NCBI GenBank assembly: GCA_965248435.1
Contig: OZ252100.1
Coordinates: forward strand, 3,360,001-3,424,000
Origin: Candidatus Latescibacterota bacterium
GTDB taxonomy: Bacteria; Latescibacterota; UBA2968; GCA-2709665
DNA: 64,000 nt
Direction of reading: 5' to 3'
In this document: positions 1 to 9,712 of the stretch, piece by piece
Position numbering within the stretch: the first letter of the stretch is position 1
How the letters are laid out: every line of letters begins with the position of its first letter
Made by a program: the position numbers and the translations under genes
Notes under the pieces: generated by a model
Seen by the model: the letters and a program-made list of their open reading frames with translations, nothing else
Database searches by the model: none
What the model was told of the DNA's origin: nothing

Positions 1-2099
1 AGCCGCGGCTGAAGTCGCACGCCCAGATCCACCGCCACATCTACCGTGGACGAGACTGGTACGTGCTTCAAGATCACTCGAGTGGACGGTTCCATCGTTT
101 CTCTCCGGAGGCCTATCTGATCATCGGGCTGATGGACGGAGGGCGGTCGCTGGGAGAGATCTGGCGCGCGGCCTGCCTCCGGCTGGGTGACGATATGCCC
201 ACTCAGGACGAGGTCATCCGGCTGCTGTCGCAGCTTTACCGCGCCGACGTCCTCCAGACGGACGTGACTCCGGATATCGCCGAGCTCCTTGATCGGCAGG
301 TAAAGACACGGCGAACCAAGTTGCTGAGCTATGTTCGCTCGCCGGTGGCACTTCGTTTGCCCCTGCTGGATCCAAACCGATTTCTGACCCGCACGAGACG
401 TATGGGGAGGATGCTGTTCGGGCCGCTCGGGGCGGTGGCCTGGCTGCTCGTTGTGGTGCCCGCGTTGGTTCAGGTGGGCATCCACTGGGAGGCGCTGACG
501 GAGAACATCATCGATCGCGCCCTGAGTCTTCAGAACCTGCTGGCGATTGCGCTGATTTACCCGATCGTGAAGGGTCTGCATGAGTTCGGCCACGGCTACG
601 CCGTGAAGCGGTGGGGAGGCGAGGTCCACGAGATGGGCATGATGCTTCTGGTGTTCGTCCCGATTCCGTACGTGGACGCGTCTGCAGCGACGGCATTCAG
701 GCAGCGCTATCAGCGGGTCCTGGTGGGGGCTGCCGGCATCCTGGTGGAGATGTTTCTGGCGGGGCTCGCTGTTTTCGTCTGGACATCGGTAGAGCCGGGG
801 GGGATGCGGGCGACGGCCTACAACGTGATGCTGATCGCCGGCGTGTCTACCCTCTTGTTCAACGGGAACCCCCTTCTGCGGTTCGATGCTTACTACATCC
901 TTTCGGACTTGCTGGAGATTCCGAACCTCGGCTCCCGCGGGACTGCTTACCTGAGCCACGTGCTTCAGGTCCGGGTGTTGGGTGTGGAAGGGCTTTCGCC
1001 TCCGGAGATGAGTGAGGGTGAAAAGGGGTGGCTGGTGATCTATGCTGTGGCTTCGCTGATCTACCGGACGTTTGTGATTGTGGCCATCATCCTTATTGCT
1101 GCCAGCAAGTTCCTGGGGCTTGGGTTGGTGATTGCCGCGTGGGCGGCTGTCGGAATTCTGTGGCAACCGCTTTCGAAGGCTGCAAAATTCCTGTCTTCGA
1201 ACGCGCAGGCCAGACGCCGGCGTGGACGGATCGCCGCAGTGTCTGGAGGTTTCGCCCTCCTGCTGGGGCTCCTGGTCGGTGCTGTTCCCTTCCCGCTGTT
1301 CACGGTGGCTGAGGGCGTCGTCTGGGAACCGGAGCGGTCGCGAGTCCGGGCGGAGTCCAGCGGGTTTGTGGTTCGACTTGAAGCGCTTCCGGGGAGTCGG
1401 GTGCGGAGCGGAGACGTGCTGATCGTGTGTGAAAATCCTGAGCTTTCCACGAGGACTCGCGTATTGGCTTCAAGGCTTGGCGAGTACGAGGCGCGTCACC
1501 GAGCAGCATTCATGGCAAACCTGACAGAGGCCGAGATCCTGAGAGAGGAAGTAGAGCGTGTACGGGCAGAACTGGCACGGGCAAGAGAACGGGAAGACGG
1601 GCTGAAGCTCCGGGCAGAGGCAGAGGGCCTGTTCCTGATCCGCGAGCCTGAGAACCTGCCCGGCAGCTTCTTGGTGAAGGGCACAGACCTGGGGTTTGTC
1701 GCCGATTTTCTCCACGTGTCGGCGCGTGTGGTGGTGGACCAGTCCGCGGTGAGCCGTGTGCGCCGCGACACCCGAGGGGTGGAAGCCCGGCTCGCGGGTC
1801 GACTCGATCGCCTTGTGCCAGCACGACTCGTACGCGAGGTACCGGCCGCCTCTACCGATCTGCCCAGCCCGGCGCTGAGCCTGCAGGGGGGCGGCGACTA
1901 CGCGGTGGACCCCCGTGTTCAGGGGGCGTCACCCCAGGCCTTTGAGCCGCTGTTCCAGTTCGACGTGGAATTGACGGAAGGGGTGTCGGGGCGTGTAGGA
2001 GAACGTGTTCACGTCCGATTCGAACACCCGCCCGAACCCCTGATGTTTCGCTGGTACAGAGGTGCCAGGCGCTTACTGTTGAATCAGTTCGATGTGTAG
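1..2099 (+). CDS. Peptidase M50 / membrane-fusion (HlyD-like) fusion protein with PqqD-like N-terminus; 5'-partial
   Basis: Frame is open from base 3 (PRLKSHAQIHRHIYRGRDWYVLQD), so the start lies outside the window. HEFGH zinc motif, NGNPLLRFDAYY third-ligand motif, several TM helices, then lipoyl-like and coiled-coil adaptor region. Confidence 0.85.
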   Translation, partial: PRLKSHAQIHRHIYRGRDWYVLQDHSSGRFHRFSPEAYLIIGLMDGGRSLGEIWRAACLRLGDDMPTQDEVIRLLSQLYRADVLQTDVTPDIAELLDRQVKTRRTKLLSYVRSPVALRLPLLDPNRFLTRTRRMGRMLFGPLGAVAWLLVVVPALVQVGIHWEALTENIIDRALSLQNLLAIALIYPIVKGLHEFGHGYAVKRWGGEVHEMGMMLLVFVPIPYVDASAATAFRQRYQRVLVGAAGILVEMFLAGLAVFVWTSVEPGGMRATAYNVMLIAGVSTLLFNGNPLLRFDAYYILSDLLEIPNLGSRGTAYLSHVLQVRVLGVEGLSPPEMSEGEKGWLVIYAVASLIYRTFVIVAIILIAASKFLGLGLVIAAWAAVGILWQPLSKAAKFLSSNAQARRRRGRIAAVSGGFALLLGLLVGAVPFPLFTVAEGVVWEPERSRVRAESSGFVVRLEALPGSRVRSGDVLIVCENPELSTRTRVLASRLGEYEARHRAAFMANLTEAEILREEVERVRAELARAREREDGLKLRAEAEGLFLIREPENLPGSFLVKGTDLGFVADFLHVSARVVVDQSAVSRVRRDTRGVEARLAGRLDRLVPARLVREVPAASTDLPSPALSLQGGGDYAVDPRVQGASPQAFEPLFQFDVELTEGVSGRVGERVHVRFEHPPEPLMFRWYRGARRLLLNQFDV

Positions 2100-2117
2100 G
2101 TTGTTCCAGCGAAAGGA

Positions 2118-3803
2118 GTGTCGCGACTGAAATATTCGCTGAAATCGTACCTGAAGATCGTTTGGGGACTTCTACCAGTTCTCCATATGACGCTCGGTCA
2201 GGCGTCGGGCGCCGAGACGCCGCGATACCGGAACGTGCGCGTAGACCTGAAGGCGGGCGCTTTTCTAGACCGGCTCCCGTTCGATGAGCCCTTCCTGGTT
2301 ACGGGCGAGGCGCCCGCTTCTACGAGGATGGTGGAGGCCCGATTCGACGAGTACCTCGAAGTGTTCGCCATAGGCGATGACCCGGGGGCCATTGGGCGGG
2401 TGAGGGAGGAGACGTGGGCCTTCCTGGACTCGGTACTGGTCCGAAGCGAGGGGACGGCTGAGTCACCTGATCTGCGTTGGCTCCAACGTAGACTGTCACA
2501 GATTGTCATGGAGACCGTGAGGCCTCCTTCCCGTTTGCGGAGCCGCGTATTTTCGAACCTGGCGCCCTGGAACTGGGGGGACTGGGGGATTCTGTTCCAG
2601 CACTCAGAGCCCGAATTGATCGCGCAGGGCTCAGTCCTTGACCTGGATGGTTTCCCGCAGTTGGAAGCGGCGCGGTTTGCGGGCAGGGTGGAATCAGCAC
2701 TGGAAGGCGTCGGTTTCGTGAGGGAGCAGGAACTGGACGGGCTCGTGGCGACGGTTGTGGAGGCGGCCAGAGAGGCCCGCATCGGTCTTCGGTCGGGTCG
2801 TGCTGAAGTGCGTCCCCCTTCCAGGTGGAACCGCCTGAAGGGCCTCGAACGGGCGGAAAACAACAGCGAAGGCGCTGGCCTAATTCCGCGATGGAACCGA
2901 CTGGAGGACTCGGGTGCCGAGTTGGAGCAGGGCGTGATTCCGTTCCAACTGATGGTAGCGCCACTGAACCCCGATCGCACCTATGTGGTCGGGTTCCTGT
3001 TCGAGCGGACTGTGACGAAAGGGGAAACGAACGCCTTTCGATCATCGGTGGAGAAACGGCTGGAAGAAGAGGGGATGGGTATGGGGGCCTGGAAGGGTGT
3101 AGGGGAGAAGGGTGAGCAGCTTCGGCTGGACCTGCTGGACTACATGGTAGCTGCCGCGGGCGGCGGGAGGGTCGCTGCCGAAGGGACACTGTTGGACCCT
3201 AACGTAGATTACTTCTACGTGTTTTCGTTTTTCACAGAGCTGGTGGACCGGGCCCACGGGGGGAACGAGGCCGTGAAGCAGGCGGCGTCAGACGTATCTG
3301 GGCTCGTGGAGGGAAGAAGGGTGACGGGGCGCTCGGCGGCGATCGCCTCGACCTCGGCCAATGATTACGTGAGTGCTGATGCCGGATTGCTTTACGCTGG
3401 TGAGATCAGTGAGTCTGTCTTCTACCTTGGTGCAAACTTCTATCTTCGGCCGGTGAACAAGCGAGTCCCCCTGAGCCGCCGAGGAGGGTTCACGCGGCGG
3501 TTCGCCTTCACGCTCGGCATCACCCTGCAGGGGATCGACGACGATGTCGGGACACGCGACAACCTGTTCCACACGCAATCAGTGATGATGGGGGCCGGAT
3601 ATCGACTTTCTCAGTACATCCGTGCAGGCACGGGTCTGCTCCTGTTTCGAGAGCGCGATCCGGAGACGTTTCCGCTTTCCGAAGACACGCGGCTGACCGT
3701 GACGCCTTACGTTTCGGTTTCATTCGATGCCGACGTGGGTAAACAGCTTCTTGGCCTGGGTGGCATTTTCGATTTCCTGAAGGACAATGATGAAGATTCC
3801 TGA
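2118..3803 (+). CDS. Exported hypothetical protein with probable C-terminal outer-membrane beta-barrel
   Basis: GTG after AAGGA, signal-peptide-like N-terminus (GQASGA), alternating aromatic/hydrophobic strands near the C-terminus (YVSADAGLLY, FYLGANFYL, MGAGYRL, PYVSVSFD). Confidence 0.6.
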   Translation: MSRLKYSLKSYLKIVWGLLPVLHMTLGQASGAETPRYRNVRVDLKAGAFLDRLPFDEPFLVTGEAPASTRMVEARFDEYLEVFAIGDDPGAIGRVREETWAFLDSVLVRSEGTAESPDLRWLQRRLSQIVMETVRPPSRLRSRVFSNLAPWNWGDWGILFQHSEPELIAQGSVLDLDGFPQLEAARFAGRVESALEGVGFVREQELDGLVATVVEAAREARIGLRSGRAEVRPPSRWNRLKGLERAENNSEGAGLIPRWNRLEDSGAELEQGVIPFQLMVAPLNPDRTYVVGFLFERTVTKGETNAFRSSVEKRLEEEGMGMGAWKGVGEKGEQLRLDLLDYMVAAAGGGRVAAEGTLLDPNVDYFYVFSFFTELVDRAHGGNEAVKQAASDVSGLVEGRRVTGRSAAIASTSANDYVSADAGLLYAGEISESVFYLGANFYLRPVNKRVPLSRRGGFTRRFAFTLGITLQGIDDDVGTRDNLFHTQSVMMGAGYRLSQYIRAGTGLLLFRERDPETFPLSEDTRLTVTPYVSVSFDADVGKQLLGLGGIFDFLKDNDEDS

Positions 3804-5168
3804 GTGCCTCCACCTGACACGTTTCTGCATCTTTTGGATGGTCGCATTGCTGCTGGTGCTTGCGCAGACGGCGTGCCACGACGCCGACAAATATGTACTG
3901 ACTTCTAACGAAGATTCGGTGGATCGGCTCTTCACACTGACGGTTCAGGGCGATACGACGCTTCCTGCGGACGGCTTTTCCAGCGTGTCTATTCTGGCGA
4001 CCGTGGCCGACGTTTCCGAAAGGGAGCATTCGGTCCTGTTCAGCACGACGGCGGGGGACCTGCGTGTGGGCTCCTCCGTCGTGGGGGATACCGCCGTGGT
4101 GGTGGCATCGCCTGACGGAGAGGCGCCGGTCGAATTGTTGAGCGCCCGGGTGGTTGCCACGGCCCGTGTGACGGCCCAGATCCTGGACGTAGCGCCCCCG
4201 CTTCGCCAGGAGGTGTCGATTCGGTTCGCTCCCGTAAACACCGGGGACGTCATCGCGTTTCTGGGGGCTCCCGATTCCGTGCTGGCCGACGGGAAGGAGC
4301 TCGTGACACTCCAGGTCAGGATCTCCCCAGACCTGCAGGGAGACGATCGGACCGTAGTGTTCGAAACAACACTCGGGGTGTTCCTGCTGTCGACCGGTAC
4401 GGGAAGCACGCGGATTGTGGAGGCGGACGACAACGACATCGCCACCGCGCGTCTTCAGAGCCCTACAGAAGGCGGTGAAGCGATTATTACGGCCACGGTG
4501 AGGGGGTTTCGGCAGGAGACGTCCGTCCTGTTCACCACGGTGGCCGCCGTACAGTTCGTGGAGGCCCCCGCAACCGCGCCTGCCGACGGCGCAACACTCA
4601 CCCGCCTGACGGTGGAGGTCGAAGTTGGGCTTGGAGGTAGCCAGAACAGGAGGTCGACTTCGAGACTACTGACGGTATTTTCACGTCATCGAATGCCCGC
4701 CGGGCCGTGGCCGTGGCGAATGCCGAGAACCTGGCGACGGTCTTTCTCCGCAGCCCCCCCAGGGTGGCCGACGCCGTGGTGACGGCTTCCGTCGCGGGGC
4801 TGTCACAGGATCACCTGATCCGGTTCCAGGTGGCGCCGCCGGACTCGATCATCGTGTTGATCGATCCGAGCAAGGTACAGCTGTCTGCGACCGACCAGGT
4901 TCAGGTGGACGCGGAGTTCCTCCGCCTGCCGGGCAGGGGTACCGTGACCCAGGACCTGAACGTTTTGTGGACAGCGGTGGACACGGTGGGTGCCGCCATC
5001 CCGCGCGCCTTCTTCTTCAATGTGACTCAGACCGACGCCCAGGGGTTGGCTTCGGCGGTGTTCCTCGCCGACAGCACGTCTTATCGCGGGCCGGTGACCA
5101 TCCAGGTCCGGCCCTCGGACTTCAACACCGGGGTGGAAGGTTTGGCGTTTCTTCGAATCGTTGACTGA
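3787..5168 (+). pseudogene. Lipoprotein with tandem invasin/intimin-like Ig (Big_1) repeats, frameshifted near 4640-4650
   Basis: Lipobox LAQTA-C; three xADG repeats (LPADGFS, VLADGKE, APADGAT). Third repeat continues in the -1 frame (QEVDFETTDGIF) and joins ORF 4707..5168. Confidence 0.7.
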
Positions 5169-5308
5169 TGGTTGGGCGAACGGCGCTTGCTGAAGCGGCC
5201 CGCTCCGCCCGTTGACATTGCACCTGCTGGGTCCGTGTTCCTGCCGGTTCGCCGTCGGACCGGACCCATTTTTATTTACAAGCCGTGCCTCCGGGGGCCG
5301 TGGAAACG

Positions 5309-5391
5309 CGTATCTCGTATCTCGGGGCTGATAATTCGTGATCTTTCTGAACTACAGTAGTTATCCGACGAGATACGCTTCACGAGATACG
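5309..5391. repeat. Inverted heptamer repeats (CGTATCT / AGATACG)
   Basis: CGTATCTCGTATCTCG at 5309 faces CGAGATACGCTTCACGAGATACG at 5369. Confidence 0.7.
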
Positions 5392-5544
5392 GATTCACCT
5401 ACCGCGGACCTGATGGCTTTGAACGATGCGTTTCGCGAGTTTCAGCCGCTGGAAGGCGGCGAGTTCTACAAATAGCGCCTTTACCCTAACCCCAACATTC
5501 GAATGAAAGCCTTTTTTCCGACCGCAGGAGGCAAGGACTTAGAG

Positions 5545-6900
5545 ATGCGAAACTGGCGATCGATTTTCTGCCGCGGCTTCCGAATCGGGGTCTTCGCCAG
5601 CCTGTTTGGGTTCGCCTTGTCCGCACCGTGCTGCGCGGTAGATCTGGTGGGAGTATACCGCTCGGCGCTGAAGCACGACGCCCAGTTAGAGGGCGCCCGG
5701 TACACGAACCTGGCGTCGAGGGAAGGGCTGCGACAGGCGTTCTCCAGATTTCTACCCACGTTGACCCTGGACGCAGAGACAGGCGGCACCCATCAGAATA
5801 TCCGCAGCACTAACAATGACCTGTTCAGCCTGGGCAAATCTTTTTTCATGACGAGCCGCGTGTCCGTGACCCTGAATCAGCCGATTTACCGCCATTCGAC
5901 GCTGGTAGGCGTCTGGCAGGCTCGTGCCGACGTGAAACGGTCTGACCTGGAGTTGATGCAGGCCGAACAGGACCTGATACTGCGCTCTGCGAGGCTCTAC
6001 TTCTCAGCCCTTGCGGCGAGAGACGAGGTGACTTTCGCCGAAGCGGAACAGGCCTCGCTCGAGCGACATTTCGAGCTGGTCCAGGTACAGAAGGCGCGCG
6101 GTCTGGCGTCGATTATGGATCTCTACGAGGCCCGAGCCCGACTGGCTACCGTAGAGGCGCAAGTGATCGAGGCAGAGGACCTGTGGGACGACGCGATCGA
6201 GGCACTCCGGGAGCTGAACAGCCGCTTGGCCCCCGACCTCCGACCCCTGCGGGTCGAACTGCCGCTTGTGACTCCTCAGCCGTCCGATGTCGACGCGTGG
6301 ATCGAGCGCGCGGTCGAGGGAAACCTGAGACTAAAGGCTCAGGAACAGGCCGTGGAATCTGCCATGCAGGAGATCTCGCTCCAGAAGGCTGGGCGGATTC
6401 CGGCGCTGAATCTGCAAGCCAGGGAGAACCGGGAGAAGACGGGGGGCACACTGTTCGGAGGCGGAAGCGATGTGGAAACCGCAAATTTTATCGTCACGAT
6501 AAGCGTCCCGGTGTTCCAGGGGGGCTTTCTGGGCTCCCGCATCAAAGAGGCGAAGTACGCCCACCAAGCCGCGGTGCAGGAGCTGGAGCGGCAGCGGCGC
6601 GCGCTCAAGCGCCAGGTACGCTCGTCCTTTTTCGGTGTGACCCGGGCGATCAGCCGCGTGGCCGCGCTGGAGCAGGCCGTACGGTCTCAGGGGCTTGCCC
6701 TTGAGGCTCGCCAGGAGGGCTTCCGGTCGGGAATCGTATCCATCGTCGCCGTTCTGGACGCAGAGCGGGATCTGTTCGAAACGCGGCGCGACCACGCACG
6801 CGCACGCTACGAGTACATTCTGAACAGCCTTCTGCTGCGGGACACCGTTGGCCAGTTGAGCGAAGCCGACCTCCTGCAGGTCAATCGGTGGCTTCAGTGA
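5545..6900 (+). CDS. TolC-family outer membrane channel
   Basis: Signal peptide then DLVGVYRSALKHDAQL, two OEP repeats, VLDAERDLF...ARYEY motif. ATG 5545 preferred over 5503 because of upstream AGGAGG/AAGGA. Confidence 0.92.
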   Translation: MRNWRSIFCRGFRIGVFASLFGFALSAPCCAVDLVGVYRSALKHDAQLEGARYTNLASREGLRQAFSRFLPTLTLDAETGGTHQNIRSTNNDLFSLGKSFFMTSRVSVTLNQPIYRHSTLVGVWQARADVKRSDLELMQAEQDLILRSARLYFSALAARDEVTFAEAEQASLERHFELVQVQKARGLASIMDLYEARARLATVEAQVIEAEDLWDDAIEALRELNSRLAPDLRPLRVELPLVTPQPSDVDAWIERAVEGNLRLKAQEQAVESAMQEISLQKAGRIPALNLQARENREKTGGTLFGGGSDVETANFIVTISVPVFQGGFLGSRIKEAKYAHQAAVQELERQRRALKRQVRSSFFGVTRAISRVAALEQAVRSQGLALEARQEGFRSGIVSIVAVLDAERDLFETRRDHARARYEYILNSLLLRDTVGQLSEADLLQVNRWLQ

Positions 6901-6913
6901 CGGAGTCAGGAAA

Positions 6914-8902
6914 ATGATCCAGGTTGCCGCGCATCCTCCCACAACGCACGAAGTTCGAGCCGAACGGAGAGACCCGCGCCACGGTCCCCTGGAGAAGCAG
7001 GGTCGGGCGCTCGGCGGGCGGCTGCAGCGCCGCGTACGCTCGTGGCGGATCCTGCCGGAGGGCATCGTGTCGGCGGTCGACGCGCGCGGATTCGAGTATG
7101 CCGAGATGGACACCGAGGCATTACGGGAGGCCGCTCGAGATCTGAGGCTGGTCCTGCGCCGCGACGGCTTCCTGCTTGAGCGTGCGGCTCAGGTATTCGC
7201 CCTGGTTCGCGAGACGGCGGACAGGACGGTGGGATTGCGCCACTTCGACTGCCAGCTGATGGGGGGGTGGGTGCTGCTGAACGGGATGGTCGCGGAGATG
7301 GAGACGGGCGAGGGGAAAACCCTTACGGCGACCCTCCCGGCCGTGACGGCCGCGCTTGCCGGCATCCCCGTTCACGTTGTGACGGTGAACGATTACCTGA
7401 CGGCCCGAGATGCCGAGTGGATGGGCCCCGTCTACGAGACGCTGGGCTTGACGGTTGGGACGGTTGTCCACGGCCAAACACCCGACCAACGGCAGGAGGC
7501 CTACGCGTCCGACATCACCTACGGCACGAACAAAGAACTGGTGTTCGACTACCTTCGAGACCGTCTGGTGCTGCAGCAGAGACCGGAGTCCCTTCGCCTC
7601 CAGGCAGACCGGCTGATGGGAGATATCTCTCGGACTGAACGGCTTGTGCTTCGGGGGCTGCACTACGCGATCGTGGACGAGGCTGACAGTGTGCTGGTCG
7701 ATGAGGCGCGCACGCCGCTGATCATCTCGGGAGGGGCGCAGACAGAGGAGGCCGGCTTCCTGGAAGAGGCGGCCCAGGTCGCCCGCGGGCTGGAGGAGGG
7801 ACGGGACTACCGGCTGGACCTCGAGGAGCGACGCGCAGAACTGACCGAGGCCGGCATGGAGCGCATCCGGGAGCAGACGGAGCGCCTTTCCCCGCTGTGG
7901 GCGGGCACGATACGCAGGGAAGAGACGGTGCGGCAGGCGCTGATGGCGTTTCACCTGTTCAAGCGGGACGTGGACTACCTTGTTCGGGAAGGAAAGGTCG
8001 TGATCGTGGACGAGTTCACAGGCCGTCTGATGCCCGACCGCTCCTGGGAGCGGGGTCTACACCAGCTGATCGAGATCAAGGAAGGGGTAGAAGTGACGCT
8101 CCAACGGGACGTACTGTCGCGGATCAGTTATCAGCGTTTCTTTCGCCGCTACCTGCGGCTGGCGGGAATGACGGGCACGGCTTCAGAGGTAGCTGGTGAG
8201 TTGGGCTCGGTCTATGGGCTGCCTGTAATCCGGATTCCGACCAACCGACCGGTGTGTCGCACGCAACTACCCGATCAGATACACGCCACTTCCGTCGAGA
8301 AGTGGGAAGGGATCGTGGCCAGGGTAGGACAGCTGCACGATGAGGGGCGTCCGTGTTTGATCGGGACCCGGTCTGTGGCGGCGTCTGAACACGTCCACAA
8401 GTTGATGGAAGCGGCCGGGCTGCCACACCAGGTGCTGAACGCCAAGTTCGACAAGGAAGAAGCTGAGATCATCGCCCGTGCCGGGGAACGGGGACGGGTT
8501 ACCGTAGCGACGAACATGGCGGGCCGTGGAACGGACATCAAACTGGGGGCGAAAGTGGCCGAGCTGGGTGGGCTCCACGTGATCCTGACCGAGCGTCACG
8601 AAGCGCGTCGGATCGACCGGCAGCTTCAGGGTCGCAGCGGCCGCCAAGGAGATCCAGGCAGTTCCGAGGCCTTTCTGTCACTCGAGGATCCGCTGGTCGT
8701 GAGCGGAAAGGGAGGACTGCTGAGGTGGATCGCGGAGCGGCTCCTTCCGACTGGAAGCGGCATCTGGAGCTGGTTCGCGCGAGGCGCCGTCCGGCAGGTG
8801 CAGAAGCGGATCGAGCGCCTCCACGCCCGCATGCGCCGGGACCTGCTCAAGCAGGACGAGGTCCTCGGCACGATGTTGTCATTCACAGGTCGTTCGGAGT
8901 AA
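6914..8902 (+). CDS. SecA-like DEAD ATPase (accessory, C-terminally truncated SecA paralogue)
   Basis: AEMETGEGKT, VTVNDYL, DEADSVLVDEARTPLIISG, GMTGTA, ATNMAGRGTDIKL, QLQGRSGRQGDPG; only 662 aa. Confidence 0.92.
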   Translation: MIQVAAHPPTTHEVRAERRDPRHGPLEKQGRALGGRLQRRVRSWRILPEGIVSAVDARGFEYAEMDTEALREAARDLRLVLRRDGFLLERAAQVFALVRETADRTVGLRHFDCQLMGGWVLLNGMVAEMETGEGKTLTATLPAVTAALAGIPVHVVTVNDYLTARDAEWMGPVYETLGLTVGTVVHGQTPDQRQEAYASDITYGTNKELVFDYLRDRLVLQQRPESLRLQADRLMGDISRTERLVLRGLHYAIVDEADSVLVDEARTPLIISGGAQTEEAGFLEEAAQVARGLEEGRDYRLDLEERRAELTEAGMERIREQTERLSPLWAGTIRREETVRQALMAFHLFKRDVDYLVREGKVVIVDEFTGRLMPDRSWERGLHQLIEIKEGVEVTLQRDVLSRISYQRFFRRYLRLAGMTGTASEVAGELGSVYGLPVIRIPTNRPVCRTQLPDQIHATSVEKWEGIVARVGQLHDEGRPCLIGTRSVAASEHVHKLMEAAGLPHQVLNAKFDKEEAEIIARAGERGRVTVATNMAGRGTDIKLGAKVAELGGLHVILTERHEARRIDRQLQGRSGRQGDPGSSEAFLSLEDPLVVSGKGGLLRWIAERLLPTGSGIWSWFARGAVRQVQKRIERLHARMRRDLLKQDEVLGTMLSFTGRSE

Positions 8903-8907
8903 TCACC

Positions 8908-9633
8908 ATGAAACGTTTGGGCTGTATCTTTGCCGTTGGTTTTCTGTCGATGGCCGCGGGACCGGTGGATCCGGGGGTGGGACACGATGGTCTCATCGAA
9001 CCCTACGAAGTGGTTGAGCTGAGCAGTCAGGTCCCCGGCATTCTTGAGGAGGTGACTGTAGAACGGGGTGGAAGTGTGGAGAAGGGTCAGGTTCTTGTGC
9101 GACTCAAATCTGGTCTGGAAAGGGTCGCGGTCGATCGCGCTCGGGCCCAGCTGGAGTTTTCGAAGCGCCGAGCGGAACGGAACAAGGAGCTGTTCCAGAA
9201 GGAGCTCCTCTCTATCCACGAGCAGGACGAGATGGAGACAGAGATTCAGATCGCCAGGCTGCAGCTGAAGGAGGCCGAGGAGCGGCTCGCCTTGCGGACG
9301 ATCCGGAGCCCGATCCGCGGGGTGGTGGTGGACCGAACCGTGTCACCCGGGGAATACGTGGGTGACCGTCCAATGCTGAAGCTCGCCCAGATCGACCCGC
9401 TTAATGTCGAAGTCATTGTTCCCGTGACGCAGTTTGGATCAATTTTGAAGGGTATGACCGCGGAGGTCCTCCCCGAAGCTCCACTAAGCGGCGCCTACAC
9501 GGCTAAGGTGGTGGTCGTTGATCGAGTGATCGATGCAGCAAGCGGCACGTTCGGCGTGCGTTTGGAACTGCCGAACTCATCCTATCTCTTACCCGCAGGC
9601 CTGAAGTGCAAGGTTCGGTTTTTGAGGGATTAG
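8908..9633 (+). CDS. RND/HlyD-type periplasmic adaptor (membrane fusion protein)
   Basis: ATG 5 nt after the SecA-like stop, signal peptide, lipoyl halves (V.RGGSVEKGQVL, IRSPIRGVV), IDAASGTFGVRLELPN. Confidence 0.88.
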   Translation: MKRLGCIFAVGFLSMAAGPVDPGVGHDGLIEPYEVVELSSQVPGILEEVTVERGGSVEKGQVLVRLKSGLERVAVDRARAQLEFSKRRAERNKELFQKELLSIHEQDEMETEIQIARLQLKEAEERLALRTIRSPIRGVVVDRTVSPGEYVGDRPMLKLAQIDPLNVEVIVPVTQFGSILKGMTAEVLPEAPLSGAYTAKVVVVDRVIDAASGTFGVRLELPNSSYLLPAGLKCKVRFLRD

Positions 9634-9712
9634 TGCTGGAAGTTCGCGACCTCCATGGGCCTCGTAAATATCAGAACCTCAATAAGTTATGAGATATTTG
9701 GCCAGATAACTC

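Noticed and set aside
6914-8902. Housekeeping secA
   Set aside because: Too short, lacks the C-terminal domains, and sits in a TolC/adaptor operon.
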